From a virus (lineage: Duplodnaviria; Caudoviricetes), in the IMG/VR virus record IMGVR_UViG_3300033067_001448, positions 1 to 32,772 of that record: 32,772 nt of DNA. One strand, given 5' to 3'. Numbering within the stretch: position 1 is the first letter of the stretch; the number at the start of each line of letters is the position of its first letter. The notes under the pieces were generated by a model, which saw only the letters and a list, made by a program, of their open reading frames with translations, had not been told where the DNA came from and ran no database searches. This document shows, piece by piece, positions 18,401-26,460 of this stretch. Both the position numbers and the translations under genes were made by a program.

Positions 18401-21400
18401 AACAGCGAGCTGAAGTCAGGCGTGGCGTTGATCAGCTCGTCGGTCAGCTTACCCTCTTGCAGGGCGCGCGTCGCGGTGAGGTCGCCCACCTGCAGCTCGT
18501 ACACCGTCTTGGCCCAGGACCAGACGGTCTCCTGCACCTCGGCCGGCGTCCAGGTCTCGCCGGTCATCTTGGTCAGGAAGGCGGCCGCCTCGCGGGTGCG
18601 GGCCGACATCGCCAGGTAGCCCGAACCCTTGCCCGGGTCGGTGCCCAGCACGTTCATGGAACCGCTGAACATAACCTGGTCGACCAGCGCGTAGTTCGCC
18701 ATCCACGCGTCGTTGGTCACCTCGTCGGTCACGCCGATGAGGTTCAGGAAGAAGCTGTTGACCTTGGGGCCCGACAGCAGTACGCGCGAGGTCTCGGCAT
18801 CGCCGGGGTTGTCGGCGGTCAGCGCGCGCACGCTGTTGTTGATCCAGGCGTCGAGCACGCTGGCGCGGCCACGGCCGCCCTGCACGCTCTGGCCCATCAC
18901 GTCGATGATCGCCTCGCGCTCGGTCGGGCGGCCGGCGGCCACCCAGTTTTTCCACGTGTTGAGCGTGTTGAGCAGGTTGGTCTCGACCGAGCACTGCGGC
19001 GACAGCGCGGCCAGCAGCGCGGCGAAGCGCGGCGCGTCGGGGCCGAACACGGCGCTGATAGCCTCGGCCGACTGCTTGTACCAGCCACGCTTGGCCTGGC
19101 CGCCGAGCGCCACTGCGGCCATCTCTTTGGCCGACGGCAGCTTCTGGAGCTGGGCGATGATCTTGGCCGCCGTGCTGTCGGTGACCTTGCGCTGCTCCAT
19201 CGGCGTGAGCGCCTTCAGCAGCTTGCGCACCGCGGGCGTGACCGTCTTGACCCGGGACTGGGCCAGGGTGTCGGCGAGCTCGCGCACCTGCAGCTCGCCG
19301 TTCTCGATGCGGATCTCGTAGTTCTGCCAGGCGGGGTTGGCCTGCATGCGCTCCATGCGGGCCTGGAGCTGCTCGGGCGTGCCGCTGGCCTGGGTCTGCC
19401 ACTGCGGCTCGCGCGCGACGGGCGCCAGCACCTGGTCGGAGCTGATGTTGGTCTGCGCGCCAAGGAGCTCAGGCCGGAAGGTCTGCTGGCCGAGCATCAC
19501 CACCTGGCCGGGCTGCGTGCCCTCCATGCGGGTGGCGTAGCCCTTGTAGCCCATGTCGAGCAGCTTCGACTCGAACGCACGCGCGTCGGCCGTGCGCAGC
19601 TTCAGTGGGTCGGCGTCGGCGTCGTACACGCCGGTGAGGTTCACGCGGTGGGCACGCCCACCCACGCCGGCCTCGGGGCGCACGCCGGTGCCCTTGTCGA
19701 AGTAGAACGACAGGCGCTGGCGGATCCGTGGATCCGGGCTGTTCATGATCTCGTCGCGCGCGCTGCCCTTCAGGCCGGTGCCGTAGAACGCGGTCGACAG
19801 CAGCGAGCGGTCTTGCGTCGAGAAGTGGTAGCCGGTGACGCTGATCTCGCCCGGCTTGCTCGCCTCGAGCGCAGCGTCCTGCGTGCTGGCCTGCCCACGG
19901 ATCGCAAAGCCCTTGGCCTTGTAGGCGTCGTACAGACCCTGCGTGCCGAGGCCCGTGCGGGCGCCGTACGCGACGAAGAAGTGCGCCAAGCCGGCGGCGT
20001 AGGCCTCGGTCACGGCCGGTCGGTAGCGACCGGTGGCCGCGATCTGCTGGGCCAGGTCCTGCTGCACCGACTCGAACTCTTGCTGCGCGGCGGCCTGGTC
20101 CTGGGCCTGCTGCAGCACGCGCTGGGCATCCTGCTGCAAGGTCTCGGCGGCCTGCTGCGCCTCCACGCGCGTGATGCCGTCGGGCGTCAGGCGCGCGAAG
20201 TCGTTGAGCGTCTGCTCTAGTGGGGTGCCGGGGGCAACGGTGAGAACGTCCGCCATGGGGATCGACACTGTCGACCCGGCCGCCAGTGCGTCAGCGATCT
20301 GTTCTTGCACCGCCGGGGGTAGCTGCGCCAGAACGTCAGGGGGTAGCTGCGCCAGCACTTCAGCGTCGACATAGACCTCCTTCTTCGCGCCGTCGGTCTC
20401 GTTGACGACGCGCTCGGCGTAGGCGCGGAACTGCTCCGGGCTGCGCTGACGCAGCGCGGACTGGCCGGCTGCCTTCAGCATCTCTTGCAGGCGGTCCTGC
20501 TCGTAGACCAGCGCCTGGTCGGTGGCCTTCTCGACCAGCTTGTTGATGCCCTTGATGGTGGACGTCTGCACGCCCACGCCGACCAAGGTCGCGATCAGGG
20601 TCTGGTACGCCGCGTCGGGGCGCTCGGCGATGAACTGCGAGAGGGTCTTCTCGGGGTTCAGGTTGACCCACTCGTTGAAGTCCTGCGCCAGCGTGGTGAG
20701 CTGCTCGGTCGGCAGCTCGGTCAGCGCCTGGTTGCGCAGCGTCTTCATCAGCGAGGCGTTGGCCGCCAGGTCGCCGAAGAGCTTGCCCGCCGGGATCTTC
20801 TCGAACACGAACTCGAAGCCGCCCTGGGTCAGGCCGAAGGCGGTGGACTGGGCCTTGCCTCCTCCGGCCTCGCGTAGCTGGAAGTAGGCGTCAGCACCCA
20901 CGCCCGTGGCCTGGATGCCCGCCACAGCGGTGGCTGCAGCTTCAGCGGTGGCGAAGAGCCCGCGCGACAAGCCGGCCGGCAGCAGGGCCAGGTTCGTGCC
21001 CGCGCTACCGAGGCCCGACTTGATGCCCTGGCCGGTGCTGCTTTCAGGCTGCAGGCCGAAGGACTGGCGCGCGCTGCGCGAGTCGTTCGCCATGTTGCGC
21101 ATGTCGCGCGCACCGGACTCCCAGCCGACCAAGTCGTAGGCCATGCCGGTGATGTTGAAGATCAGCTCGCCCACGCCGGCCGTGGCGCCGAGGCCCAGGT
21201 CGACGGCGGCCTTGGGCGCGTCGGACGACAGGCTGTTGGGGCCGGCGCCAGTCAGGTACTGAAACGTGCCGTTGACCGCGCGCTCGATCTTGGTGAGCAC
21301 GGGGATGTCGTCGCTCGCGACCGTGGTGAAGTTCGGGTCGACGAGCTGGCGGGCGAGAACGGGCGAGTCTTGCGCCATGCGGACCAGGTCGATAGCCCGG

Positions 21401-21666
21401 GCCCGCTCCTTGATGCGCACCTCCTCGAGGTTGCGCTCGACCACACGCAGCGGCAAGCCGCTGGTCTTGCTCAGGCGCTGGCGCTCGGCCGCGATCTCGG
21501 GGTCGTCCTTGAGTGCGAGCTCGATGACGGCGCGAGCCTGCGCTTGCTGCGCCTTGGCCTCCTCCTCGCGCCGACGTTTGAAGAACGCGTCCGCGCTATT
21601 GTCGGCGGGCACGGGTTCCGGGTCGGCTGCGCGTCGAGACGCAACGACCTCGTCAGTGTTGATCAT
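12469..21666 (-). CDS. Giant internal virion/ejection protein with polyvalent enzymatic domains, ~3065 aa
   Basis: ATG at 21666 overlaps the upstream TGA; third ejection-protein position. Contains YHGT..GTGEGAQAYGWGLYF (ART-PolyVal-like), HEMGH and HDAFGH (metallopeptidase-like), and WY..LSPQ..GPKV..F..N..DAWM blocks. Confidence 0.88.
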   Translation of the reverse strand: MINTDEVVASRRAADPEPVPADNSADAFFKRRREEEAKAQQAQARAVIELALKDDPEIAAERQRLSKTSGLPLRVVERNLEEVRIKERARAIDLVRMAQDSPVLARQLVDPNFTTVASDDIPVLTKIERAVNGTFQYLTGAGPNSLSSDAPKAAVDLGLGATAGVGELIFNITGMAYDLVGWESGARDMRNMANDSRSARQSFGLQPESSTGQGIKSGLGSAGTNLALLPAGLSRGLFATAEAAATAVAGIQATGVGADAYFQLREAGGGKAQSTAFGLTQGGFEFVFEKIPAGKLFGDLAANASLMKTLRNQALTELPTEQLTTLAQDFNEWVNLNPEKTLSQFIAERPDAAYQTLIATLVGVGVQTSTIKGINKLVEKATDQALVYEQDRLQEMLKAAGQSALRQRSPEQFRAYAERVVNETDGAKKEVYVDAEVLAQLPPDVLAQLPPAVQEQIADALAAGSTVSIPMADVLTVAPGTPLEQTLNDFARLTPDGITRVEAQQAAETLQQDAQRVLQQAQDQAAAQQEFESVQQDLAQQIAATGRYRPAVTEAYAAGLAHFFVAYGARTGLGTQGLYDAYKAKGFAIRGQASTQDAALEASKPGEISVTGYHFSTQDRSLLSTAFYGTGLKGSARDEIMNSPDPRIRQRLSFYFDKGTGVRPEAGVGGRAHRVNLTGVYDADADPLKLRTADARAFESKLLDMGYKGYATRMEGTQPGQVVMLGQQTFRPELLGAQTNISSDQVLAPVAREPQWQTQASGTPEQLQARMERMQANPAWQNYEIRIENGELQVRELADTLAQSRVKTVTPAVRKLLKALTPMEQRKVTDSTAAKIIAQLQKLPSAKEMAAVALGGQAKRGWYKQSAEAISAVFGPDAPRFAALLAALSPQCSVETNLLNTLNTWKNWVAAGRPTEREAIIDVMGQSVQGGRGRASVLDAWINNSVRALTADNPGDAETSRVLLSGPKVNSFFLNLIGVTDEVTNDAWMANYALVDQVMFSGSMNVLGTDPGKGSGYLAMSARTREAAAFLTKMTGETWTPAEVQETVWSWAKTVYELQVGDLTATRALQEGKLTDELINATPDFSSLFNDPAYADILKEAGYADQLDALRSDERPAAGDAGQAAGAGAEATALAPEDQRRLQLQAARRLERLREQRNAGTLEQGGLTDGRPQPTGDGAGRYSSGSLAPLEGAPLVEGATGPDARLVAVAEQYALEAGIDLKRQGAFVQVDEDRARRIAAAYEEMQHAPNDPRVKEAYEDLARQTLAQYLALQRAGYVFYLVDETNDPYAGNPWNAMRDLRANQSMGVFATEAGFGSSDLDVSDNPLLADTGLEWGYGTPDGPKKRVLFNDLFRAVHDAFGHGLEGAGFRARGEENAWQAHVRLFTGPAVGAITSETRGQNSWLNYGPNGEANQTAKVEDTVFADQKTGLMPEWTWTEGRAPDADSGVLEQAAYHGTPHRGIEQFSTEKIGTGEGAQAYGWGLYFAESKGIAEFYRETLSRANLPEEAQPLLQEQRTLTNQVNRERRILEAGGQWVQKDAKGRIVSVSPEQRDGFELDPVDPKKQQRLIDRKQKRLDEVTKQIDALAPKGQTYTVEVPEDSDLLDYDAQLKDQPEKVQAALEKLGVPMTTFEVKSPDGQVLAAYNTREDAQAGIRVMNLNGKIVSRPSDLTGERAYKFLSRKLGSDKAASLALRDAGVPGLRYLDAGSRGAQAKSKSRNFVIFDGADVQKTGELYQGPRGTFSPSTLELVLNPEADLSTLWHEMGHFFLEVLADVAAQPNAPAQIVADWQTVLKQFGVTDEQWRGFALNDKRNYHEQWARFVEAYVMEGKVPNAELAPLMRRFSAWLKSVYGSIKAFLARLPAEQRPEINDDIRRVMDRMLATDEQIAQANEAAGMVPDETADAEAQERLRKRSMADLKWTVKARDKVIRELQKKAASIRKAIMEEVTVEANQQPEMRAKAALDALRITPEYQGILDTWKTERDTAAKDERARLVAELYDANPDAKGLQKGQLLAKNKREIANKVDAFLIEWDRANPKPARPVNMNDEDMATVADSFGYPSVNDMLESIAAFGSKQDYIDARTEQRMLEEHGDLMNEDAIKEAANEAVHNEARSRSLASELRTQAEMLRTRQDTGEVNAKGSKVTVSVLMTAAKQFAANVVGKTTLQDLKAKAWQHTAAERRAAKKWQEATAAGKTEEAVRAKQDQVLNNAAAKAALDARAEGKKILEFFARVLKGNDETVVEKGRDADIVNAARAVLQLYGLQSPASKSAAAYLEAVKRNDPDTWAAIEPMVAAVSENAQPILSLTFDELVGLHEQIQGMWYLAKRSRQLEIDGDLLDIDDLAGEIADRLEEIGIPDRVPGEGMAVTKEEERGLFLKQGVAFLRRVEQWAEGMDGKYGGPFLRYVFQPVKDAADRYRKDRAAYRKRFQALVDNLAPIVGDSVIDAPELGYTFGTPGSSAGTAMNEILHALLHTGNESNKRKLLVGRGWAVEGPNGELDTSKWDAFVQRLVNEGKLERAHMDFVQGVWDLLEDTKPLAQKTHRDVFGRYFSEVTADAFVDPFGVARRGGYVPAQVDSRLVKDNQLKKLAEEENNSMAFAFPQPAKGFTMSRVEGYNRPLMLDLRTLSQHLDKVLLFAHMTPATRGVRKLLTNKLVGQPLNRVQPAAIETMLQPWLQRSAQQVVEEPVIGAGKWARIPGIIRARAGMALMFANVSNTIQQITGLSTAAVRIQPAHLMRALAQYVAAPIQVSKTVWDLSPYMADRATNEVAVLNEQFQDILIKPGVYQRTQSWSMRHAYFLQTAFDNVLSPIVWTGAYNQALAEGMSDTDAIKFADGTVRQTQGSTLPEDVSRLETGPAYARVFTQFVGYFNMMANTNGTALKQIASEVGLKKGAGKAFYVVMMGLMAPIWVAEAIAQAFRGGPDDEDKDGQLVDDWLAAVFGFGTAKGLLAQIPIVGQFAVAGMNRLNGNPMDDRISLSPAISLLESAVGAPESVYKAIAGEGSAQKAVRDVATLVSVATGVPVSGLARPVGYAAGVADGKINPTGPVDLTRGLVTGTASPESKVR
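17976..18161 (-). CDS. Nested +1-frame small gene B in the giant gene, 61 aa
   Basis: AAGGAGG at 18170-18176, ATG 8 nt downstream; the host frame uses rare A/T-ending codons here. Confidence 0.6.
   Translation of the reverse strand: MDDPNRPETEQDGIRAEALRRLKVRRLLKAQPAPTPALSLSPSSTPSKPASTSSAKARSSK
18165..18359 (-). CDS. Nested +1-frame small gene A in the giant gene, 64 aa
   Basis: AAGGAGG at 18366-18372, ATG 6 nt downstream. The nested frame uses genome-typical codons (CTG CTG CAG GCG ACG CTG GTC AAG CAG CCG GAG CTG). Confidence 0.68.
   Translation of the reverse strand: MPTNSTPSDLMSDLLQATLVKQPELAQKQLRLLQKINDASSSKPPAGSSDSASSATPAPSNKEA
20217..20372 (-). CDS. Candidate nested +1-frame ORF, 51 aa
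   Basis: AAGGAGGT at 20375-20382 (short spacing); local A/T-ending codon patch in the host frame ends at the nested TAG. Confidence 0.35.
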   Translation of the reverse strand: MSTLKCWRSYPLTFWRSYPRRCKNRSLTHWRPGRQCRSPWRTFSPLPPAPH

Positions 21667-23225
21667 CGCCCATTGTCGAGGTTGCCCTCGCTTTGCGTGT
21701 TTTTCTGCCGCTGGTATTCCAGCCAATCCTCGACCACGGACTGCATCGAGGGCGGTTTGCCCGCCGCGCGCAACGATGCCTCGGCCCGGCTGCGGAACCA
21801 CGGCGGGACGACCGACACGTCGACTCGCTTGCCTTGCACGTTGACGTAGGCGTTCTTGAACTCGTCGGGCGTGAGCAACGCACGCGGCTTATTCGGGTCG
21901 CGGCCGAACTCGTCGACGTAGACCTTGTCGAGCGCGACTTCGTCGACGACCTTCTGCTCCTCGTCGGGCGTGAGCTTCTTGCCCTTGGCCGTCGACGCTG
22001 CGCGCAGGCGCCGGTCAATCTCGTTGGTGAGCGCCAAGGCCTCCTCGGGGCGCTTCTTGGGGTCGATGCCCAAGCCTTTGATCGCCGCCTCGGTGCGCTG
22101 TTGCGTGGTGTACAGCGAGTCCTGCTCGGCGGGCTTCTTGGCCTGGTTCATCAGGTCCGACAGCGAGTCGAGCTGGCCGAGGGCCACGCGGTCCTTGAAC
22201 TGCGTGAGCTGCGCGGGGTCGGTGATCTCGCCCTTGGAGATGGCCGAGCGCAGCGCCAGGTACGTGGCTGGGTCGGTTTTGATCGACTCGCCCTTGGCCT
22301 CCGCGCGGTCGGCCTTGATCTGCGCGTTGATGGCGCGCTGCACCTCGGCGGCGGCGTTCGGGTCGAGCGCGGCCAGCGCGTTGATCTCGGCCGTCTTCGG
22401 GTACTGCCGGCGCGCGACAGCCAGCATCAGGTTGCCCTGCGCCGACTGGATGATCTTGGTCTTGGTCTTGTCGGCCTCGATGTCGATCATGTCCATCACG
22501 CGCGTGCGGTCCTTGATCTCCATGCTGCCGCCGTAGGTGGCGAGGTATTCCTTCGCCGCCTTCGACGCTGCCGGGTCGGGGCGCCCGGCCAGCGACAGCG
22601 CCACCTGCGAGTGGAACGCCATGAGCTGTTCCTTCGCCATGGCAGGGCCGGCGTCAGGCACACCCTCGAGCGTGGCGTAGCGGATCGCGTTCTCGGTGAG
22701 CTTCTTCTCGAGGTCTGCACCGATCGCGATCGCGTTGGCCGGCGTGACGCTGGTCAGCGCCTCCTGCTGCAGGCTGCTTTGCAGCGTGCGGAAGTTGGTG
22801 TCGCGGGCACGCTTCTTCTCGCCCTCGACGTAGCCGAGGGTGTCGCCCACGGCCTGGCTCTGGTACTGGGCCAGCGAGCGCGTGGCGAGCCGGCGGGCCA
22901 GCGGCGACGCCTCGGCGCCGTACTTCTGCGGGGCCTGCGCCCACCACTCCTCGGCGGCGGCCTGGTACTGGTCGGCCTGCTCGCCCTTGTACTGCTCGCG
23001 CAGTTTGGCGCGGTGCTGCTGCCAGTCGTTGCGCAGCTGGGTCTCGAGCTTGAAGGCCTCGTCCTGGGCGTCGCGCTCGATCTTGCGTTCGACGACCTGC
23101 GCCACTTGGCCGAGGCCTTGGGCCAGCGCCTGCGTGCCGCTGGACACGTCGATGTTGCCCTGCATGGGCGTGCGCAGTTGCCCGCGCTCGATCTGCGGGC
23201 CGCCGTAGACGGGGATCTGTGCCAT
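21663..23225 (-). CDS. Internal virion (ejection) protein, 520 aa
   Basis: Helical A/Q/E/K-rich sequence, MAQIPVY start, position between the small and giant ejection genes. Confidence 0.75.
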   Translation of the reverse strand: MAQIPVYGGPQIERGQLRTPMQGNIDVSSGTQALAQGLGQVAQVVERKIERDAQDEAFKLETQLRNDWQQHRAKLREQYKGEQADQYQAAAEEWWAQAPQKYGAEASPLARRLATRSLAQYQSQAVGDTLGYVEGEKKRARDTNFRTLQSSLQQEALTSVTPANAIAIGADLEKKLTENAIRYATLEGVPDAGPAMAKEQLMAFHSQVALSLAGRPDPAASKAAKEYLATYGGSMEIKDRTRVMDMIDIEADKTKTKIIQSAQGNLMLAVARRQYPKTAEINALAALDPNAAAEVQRAINAQIKADRAEAKGESIKTDPATYLALRSAISKGEITDPAQLTQFKDRVALGQLDSLSDLMNQAKKPAEQDSLYTTQQRTEAAIKGLGIDPKKRPEEALALTNEIDRRLRAASTAKGKKLTPDEEQKVVDEVALDKVYVDEFGRDPNKPRALLTPDEFKNAYVNVQGKRVDVSVVPPWFRSRAEASLRAAGKPPSMQSVVEDWLEYQRQKNTQSEGNLDNGR

Positions 23226-23785
23226 CAGCGACGAGCCCGGACGTCAGCGCCCGTGGCCGAGAACTTCTCGCCCGTGGGGTCAGTGCCCCCGAACTTGCTG
23301 CCGCCCTTCGGCGCGCCCGTGAAGTCGCCCCACTTGCCGGCGACTTGGCCGCCGGTGGCGAGCACGGTGCTGAACGCAGACAGGTTGCCCTGCTGCGCTG
23401 CCGCGTCGCCTTGAGCGCGTGCGTTGGCGCCACCCGCACGGGCCGACCACGCATCGCGGGACGCGTTGAAGCGGGCCATGTTCTGGTCGCCTTCGCTGAA
23501 GAAGTCGGTCTGGTCCTGCAACTCGGCGGCCGTGCCGCTGCTCAGGTCCAGGCCCTTGGCCGCCATGTTGGCGCGCTGGGCACCCTTGACCTGATCGCCG
23601 CGGCGGCGCGCAGCCATCGCGGCTTCCTCGCCCTTCGCTTGTGCGTCGGCGGCCGCGTACTCGGCCATAGTGGCGTTGTTGCGCCCGACCTGCTTGGCGA
23701 CCTGGCCTTGGTCGTAGGCGCCCTTGGCCGAGACCGCCGCGGATGCGACGGTCAGGGCGAGCATGATGGTGGTCGGCTCACACAT
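23225..23785 (-). CDS. Small internal virion (ejection) protein, T7 gp14-like position, 186 aa
   Basis: MCEP start with hydrophobic N-terminus; QRANMAAKGLDLSSGT motif. Confidence 0.8.
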   Translation of the reverse strand: MCEPTTIMLALTVASAAVSAKGAYDQGQVAKQVGRNNATMAEYAAADAQAKGEEAAMAARRRGDQVKGAQRANMAAKGLDLSSGTAAELQDQTDFFSEGDQNMARFNASRDAWSARAGGANARAQGDAAAQQGNLSAFSTVLATGGQVAGKWGDFTGAPKGGSKFGGTDPTGEKFSATGADVRARR

Positions 23786-24254
23786 GGCGCTTCATCTCGA
23801 ACAGGTGGAACAGCTCGCCGTGCGGCGGCACAGGGTGTGGGGGCCGGAGGACGAACCCCAATCTGCGCAACCAGCGAATCGAAACAGTGTTCTTCGCATG
23901 CACCTGGTTCATCAGGTGAGGAAACGCCTCCAGCATCGTGGAAATGTACTCGGGCACCCTGCGGCTTAGGATACGGGCGTGCTTCGGCACGAGCGCCGTA
24001 CCCAGCAGCCACGGTGCGCCCATGGGCGCGAGCATGGTGCCGATCGGTGCCACGCCGAAGATGGCCGCCAGGCCCCCATCGACGCGCACCGTCCAGGCAT
24101 GCGCCGACACGTCGACGCTGCCCTGGATCACGTGGCGCATGTCGGTGTGGCCCACGGCCTCGCACTCGGCACGGTCCTGGTCGCGCAGGTTGGCGGCCAG
24201 CTCTTCCACGTCGCCCGGTTGGACCGGGCCAAATTCAACCACCGAGTGAGACAT
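23778..24254 (-). CDS. GNAT-like phage protein (T7 gp13/DUF2833-like), ~158 aa
   Basis: LRDQDRAEC...AIFGV...PWLLGT...NQVHAKNTVSIRWLRRLGF; follows tail tube B. Confidence 0.8.
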   Translation of the reverse strand: MSHSVVEFGPVQPGDVEELAANLRDQDRAECEAVGHTDMRHVIQGSVDVSAHAWTVRVDGGLAAIFGVAPIGTMLAPMGAPWLLGTALVPKHARILSRRVPEYISTMLEAFPHLMNQVHAKNTVSIRWLRRLGFVLRPPHPVPPHGELFHLFEMKRHV

Positions 24255-26460
24255 CGAGCGCAATCGAAAGGACAGTGAGCGGCAGCGGGTCTTCCTGCCG
24301 GATGACGATCCCGCCATCGCTGTTCCAGTCGGGCGGGATGTCGAATCGTAGCTCGCCCGTGGCAAGTGCCGGCGGGTTGCCATAGTCGTCGGTGACGTCG
24401 CGCGCGGGGTACTCGACCAGGTCGTCGACCGTCGGGCCCGCTTGCACAGTCGAGGACGAGAACACGCGGATCGCCACGCCGTTCACGTTCTTCATGGTGC
24501 CTTGGCCGCCGGCCGGTGCACCTTCGAACGCCAGTGGCAGGGTCTTCAGGTCGGACGTGTAGCGCAGGCCGATGTGCACCTCGCTCGCCTCGTACTCGAG
24601 CACGATCGTGCCGCCGGTGACGACGCGGTCGGGGTGCACGGCGCCGTCGGCCAGCACGCTCACGGTCTTGCCCTCGAGGTGCCACAGCCCGCTGATCGTG
24701 TCCGCGGGTGCGCCGTTGTAGGTGGCCCCGCAGTCGACGAAGAACGCGGCCGACTGGTCGGCGAAGAGGCGCGTCTCGAGGCGCTCGACGTAACGCACGC
24801 TGCGCCCGTTGACCGTGCGGCGCACGACGGCGTACAGCACGTCCTCGAGGCCTTCGCTCACCACGCACACGGACTCGAAGAACCCGTCGGTGTCGTGCTG
24901 GTGCCAGGCGTAGACCTGCTGCTCGGGCACGTAGGTCAGGCCCAGCAGCACGCCGTCGGAGCGCACGGCCCACAGCGACGGCACGGGCGCGCGGCAGTAG
25001 GCCAGGTCGACGACGGCGTAGTTGTTGAACAGGTGCGGCGCCATGATCGAGATGTCGATCGACGCGAAGGCGTTGCTCTGCCAGTTGTAGGCCATCTCGC
25101 GGATGCGCGAGCCCTGGCTCTGGACGTAGAGCACCGAGCCCGAGGTGAGCGCCGGCTGCACGTTGGACGCGCCGCTGTAGCCCTGGGGCTTGGTGCTCAG
25201 GGACGTGGGCGTGATGTTGGGCGCGTTGTCCGCAAAGATGCGGAACTCAGCACCCACCGTGAGCGCCAGCATGTCCGACAGCGGCAGCAGGTGGCGGATC
25301 GCGTTTTGCTGGCGGCTCTTGATGGTGAACTGCAGGCCATCGTCGTCCTGGCTCGGCGTGCTCGAGGTCAGGTTCGACTCGGTGCCGTTGCGTGTGGCCC
25401 AGATGGTCTGCGGGTTGTTGGTGGTGCCGGCAAACCAGCGACGCTGCTCGTAGTAGGTCACCGCGCTGGGGTAGTCCCCCGCGCCGGTGTTGAGCTCGTA
25501 GATGTCCTGCGGCGGCCCCTTGCTGGTGTCGGCCAGGATGTTGTCGTCGACCAGGCTCAGGCTCGAGGTCGAGCCGATGTAGCCGTAGAGGCCGCCGCGC
25601 TGCTTATACACGTTGTAGCGGGTGGCGCCCGCGGCCGCCGACCACGAGATCGTGTTGAAGTTGCCGGCGATCGTCAGGTTGTTGGTGTCGCTGCCCGGCG
25701 CCGATTCCAGCGACTCGGTGATGCCGTCGGCACCGATCGAGGTGACCACGTAGCGTTGGGTGGTGACGTTGGTCGGGGTCGGCTTGGTGGCCGCCACGAT
25801 GACGCCACCCGGGATCGCGCCCGACGGCGCGAAGGTGATGGTGTTGAACTGCCAGTTGGTGGCACCCAGGCGCGCGAGCTCGCGGGCGGCGTAGGCCGTC
25901 GAGGTCAGCGTGAGCACGTCGCTGTCCTGCGCGTAATGCAGGTTGAACACGTCGGCCGCCTGGTAGGGCGAGGCCACGGTGTAGACGCGCGCCGCGGTCG
26001 TGCCAGAGGCCACAGTGGCCGTGCCCCAGCGGTCGGCGGTGGTGAAGGTGTTGACGCCCGTGACCGTTATGCGGTGCGAGCGCCCGCCGATGAACACGTC
26101 GTCGCCGGTGGCGTACCCGTGGGCGGTCACCGTGACCGTGCTGCCGACGATCGACACGACGGCCTTGGTGGCCTCGAGCAGTTGCTGGCCGGTGATGTGG
26201 AAGCGCACCGCCTCGTCGCTGAACTCGATGACCGCGGTCTGGTCCTCGCTGAACTGGAACGGGATGATGCGCACGGCCTGCGTGCTGTCCTTCACCTCGG
26301 CCACGTAGCGGAAGCCAGGCCGGCGCGTGGCGGGCCCGTGCGGCAGGATGGTGAAGTTGCGGCACTCGGCGAGGCCGGTCTGGTACTTGACGGTGTCGAG
26401 CCGCCCGAGCATCTCGGGCGTGATGACGCCGCCGGCGAAGGAGCGGTGGAGCGTTTTCAT
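24235..26460 (-). CDS. Tail tubular protein B / nozzle, 741 aa
   Basis: SFAGGVITPEMLGRLD...N..ILPHGPATRRPG, YPSAVTYYEQRRWFAG, QQVYAWHQH; ATGA overlap. Confidence 0.9.
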   Translation of the reverse strand: MKTLHRSFAGGVITPEMLGRLDTVKYQTGLAECRNFTILPHGPATRRPGFRYVAEVKDSTQAVRIIPFQFSEDQTAVIEFSDEAVRFHITGQQLLEATKAVVSIVGSTVTVTAHGYATGDDVFIGGRSHRITVTGVNTFTTADRWGTATVASGTTAARVYTVASPYQAADVFNLHYAQDSDVLTLTSTAYAARELARLGATNWQFNTITFAPSGAIPGGVIVAATKPTPTNVTTQRYVVTSIGADGITESLESAPGSDTNNLTIAGNFNTISWSAAAGATRYNVYKQRGGLYGYIGSTSSLSLVDDNILADTSKGPPQDIYELNTGAGDYPSAVTYYEQRRWFAGTTNNPQTIWATRNGTESNLTSSTPSQDDDGLQFTIKSRQQNAIRHLLPLSDMLALTVGAEFRIFADNAPNITPTSLSTKPQGYSGASNVQPALTSGSVLYVQSQGSRIREMAYNWQSNAFASIDISIMAPHLFNNYAVVDLAYCRAPVPSLWAVRSDGVLLGLTYVPEQQVYAWHQHDTDGFFESVCVVSEGLEDVLYAVVRRTVNGRSVRYVERLETRLFADQSAAFFVDCGATYNGAPADTISGLWHLEGKTVSVLADGAVHPDRVVTGGTIVLEYEASEVHIGLRYTSDLKTLPLAFEGAPAGGQGTMKNVNGVAIRVFSSSTVQAGPTVDDLVEYPARDVTDDYGNPPALATGELRFDIPPDWNSDGGIVIRQEDPLPLTVLSIALDVSLGG

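Noticed and set aside
12295-20220. 2641-aa ORF on the + strand, plus other long antisense ORFs (6906-9041, 10170-12506, 24442-26619, 27433-29652, 29947-32154)
   Set aside because: They mirror real minus-strand genes codon for codon; stop-free antisense frames are expected with strongly G/C-ending codons, and they show no recognisable motifs.
20829-21113. Further +1-frame ORFs in the giant gene (also 16929-17327 and 21252-21446)
   Set aside because: Only scattered rare codons, weak or no SD, and S/R/P/A-rich composition typical of a non-coding shifted frame.
21667-21801. Upstream extensions of ORF-track calls (giant protein from 21801, helicase from 3134, tube B from 26565, DUF3653 gene from 6277)
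   Set aside because: They overlap upstream genes; internal starts with stop/start coupling or SD sites fit better.
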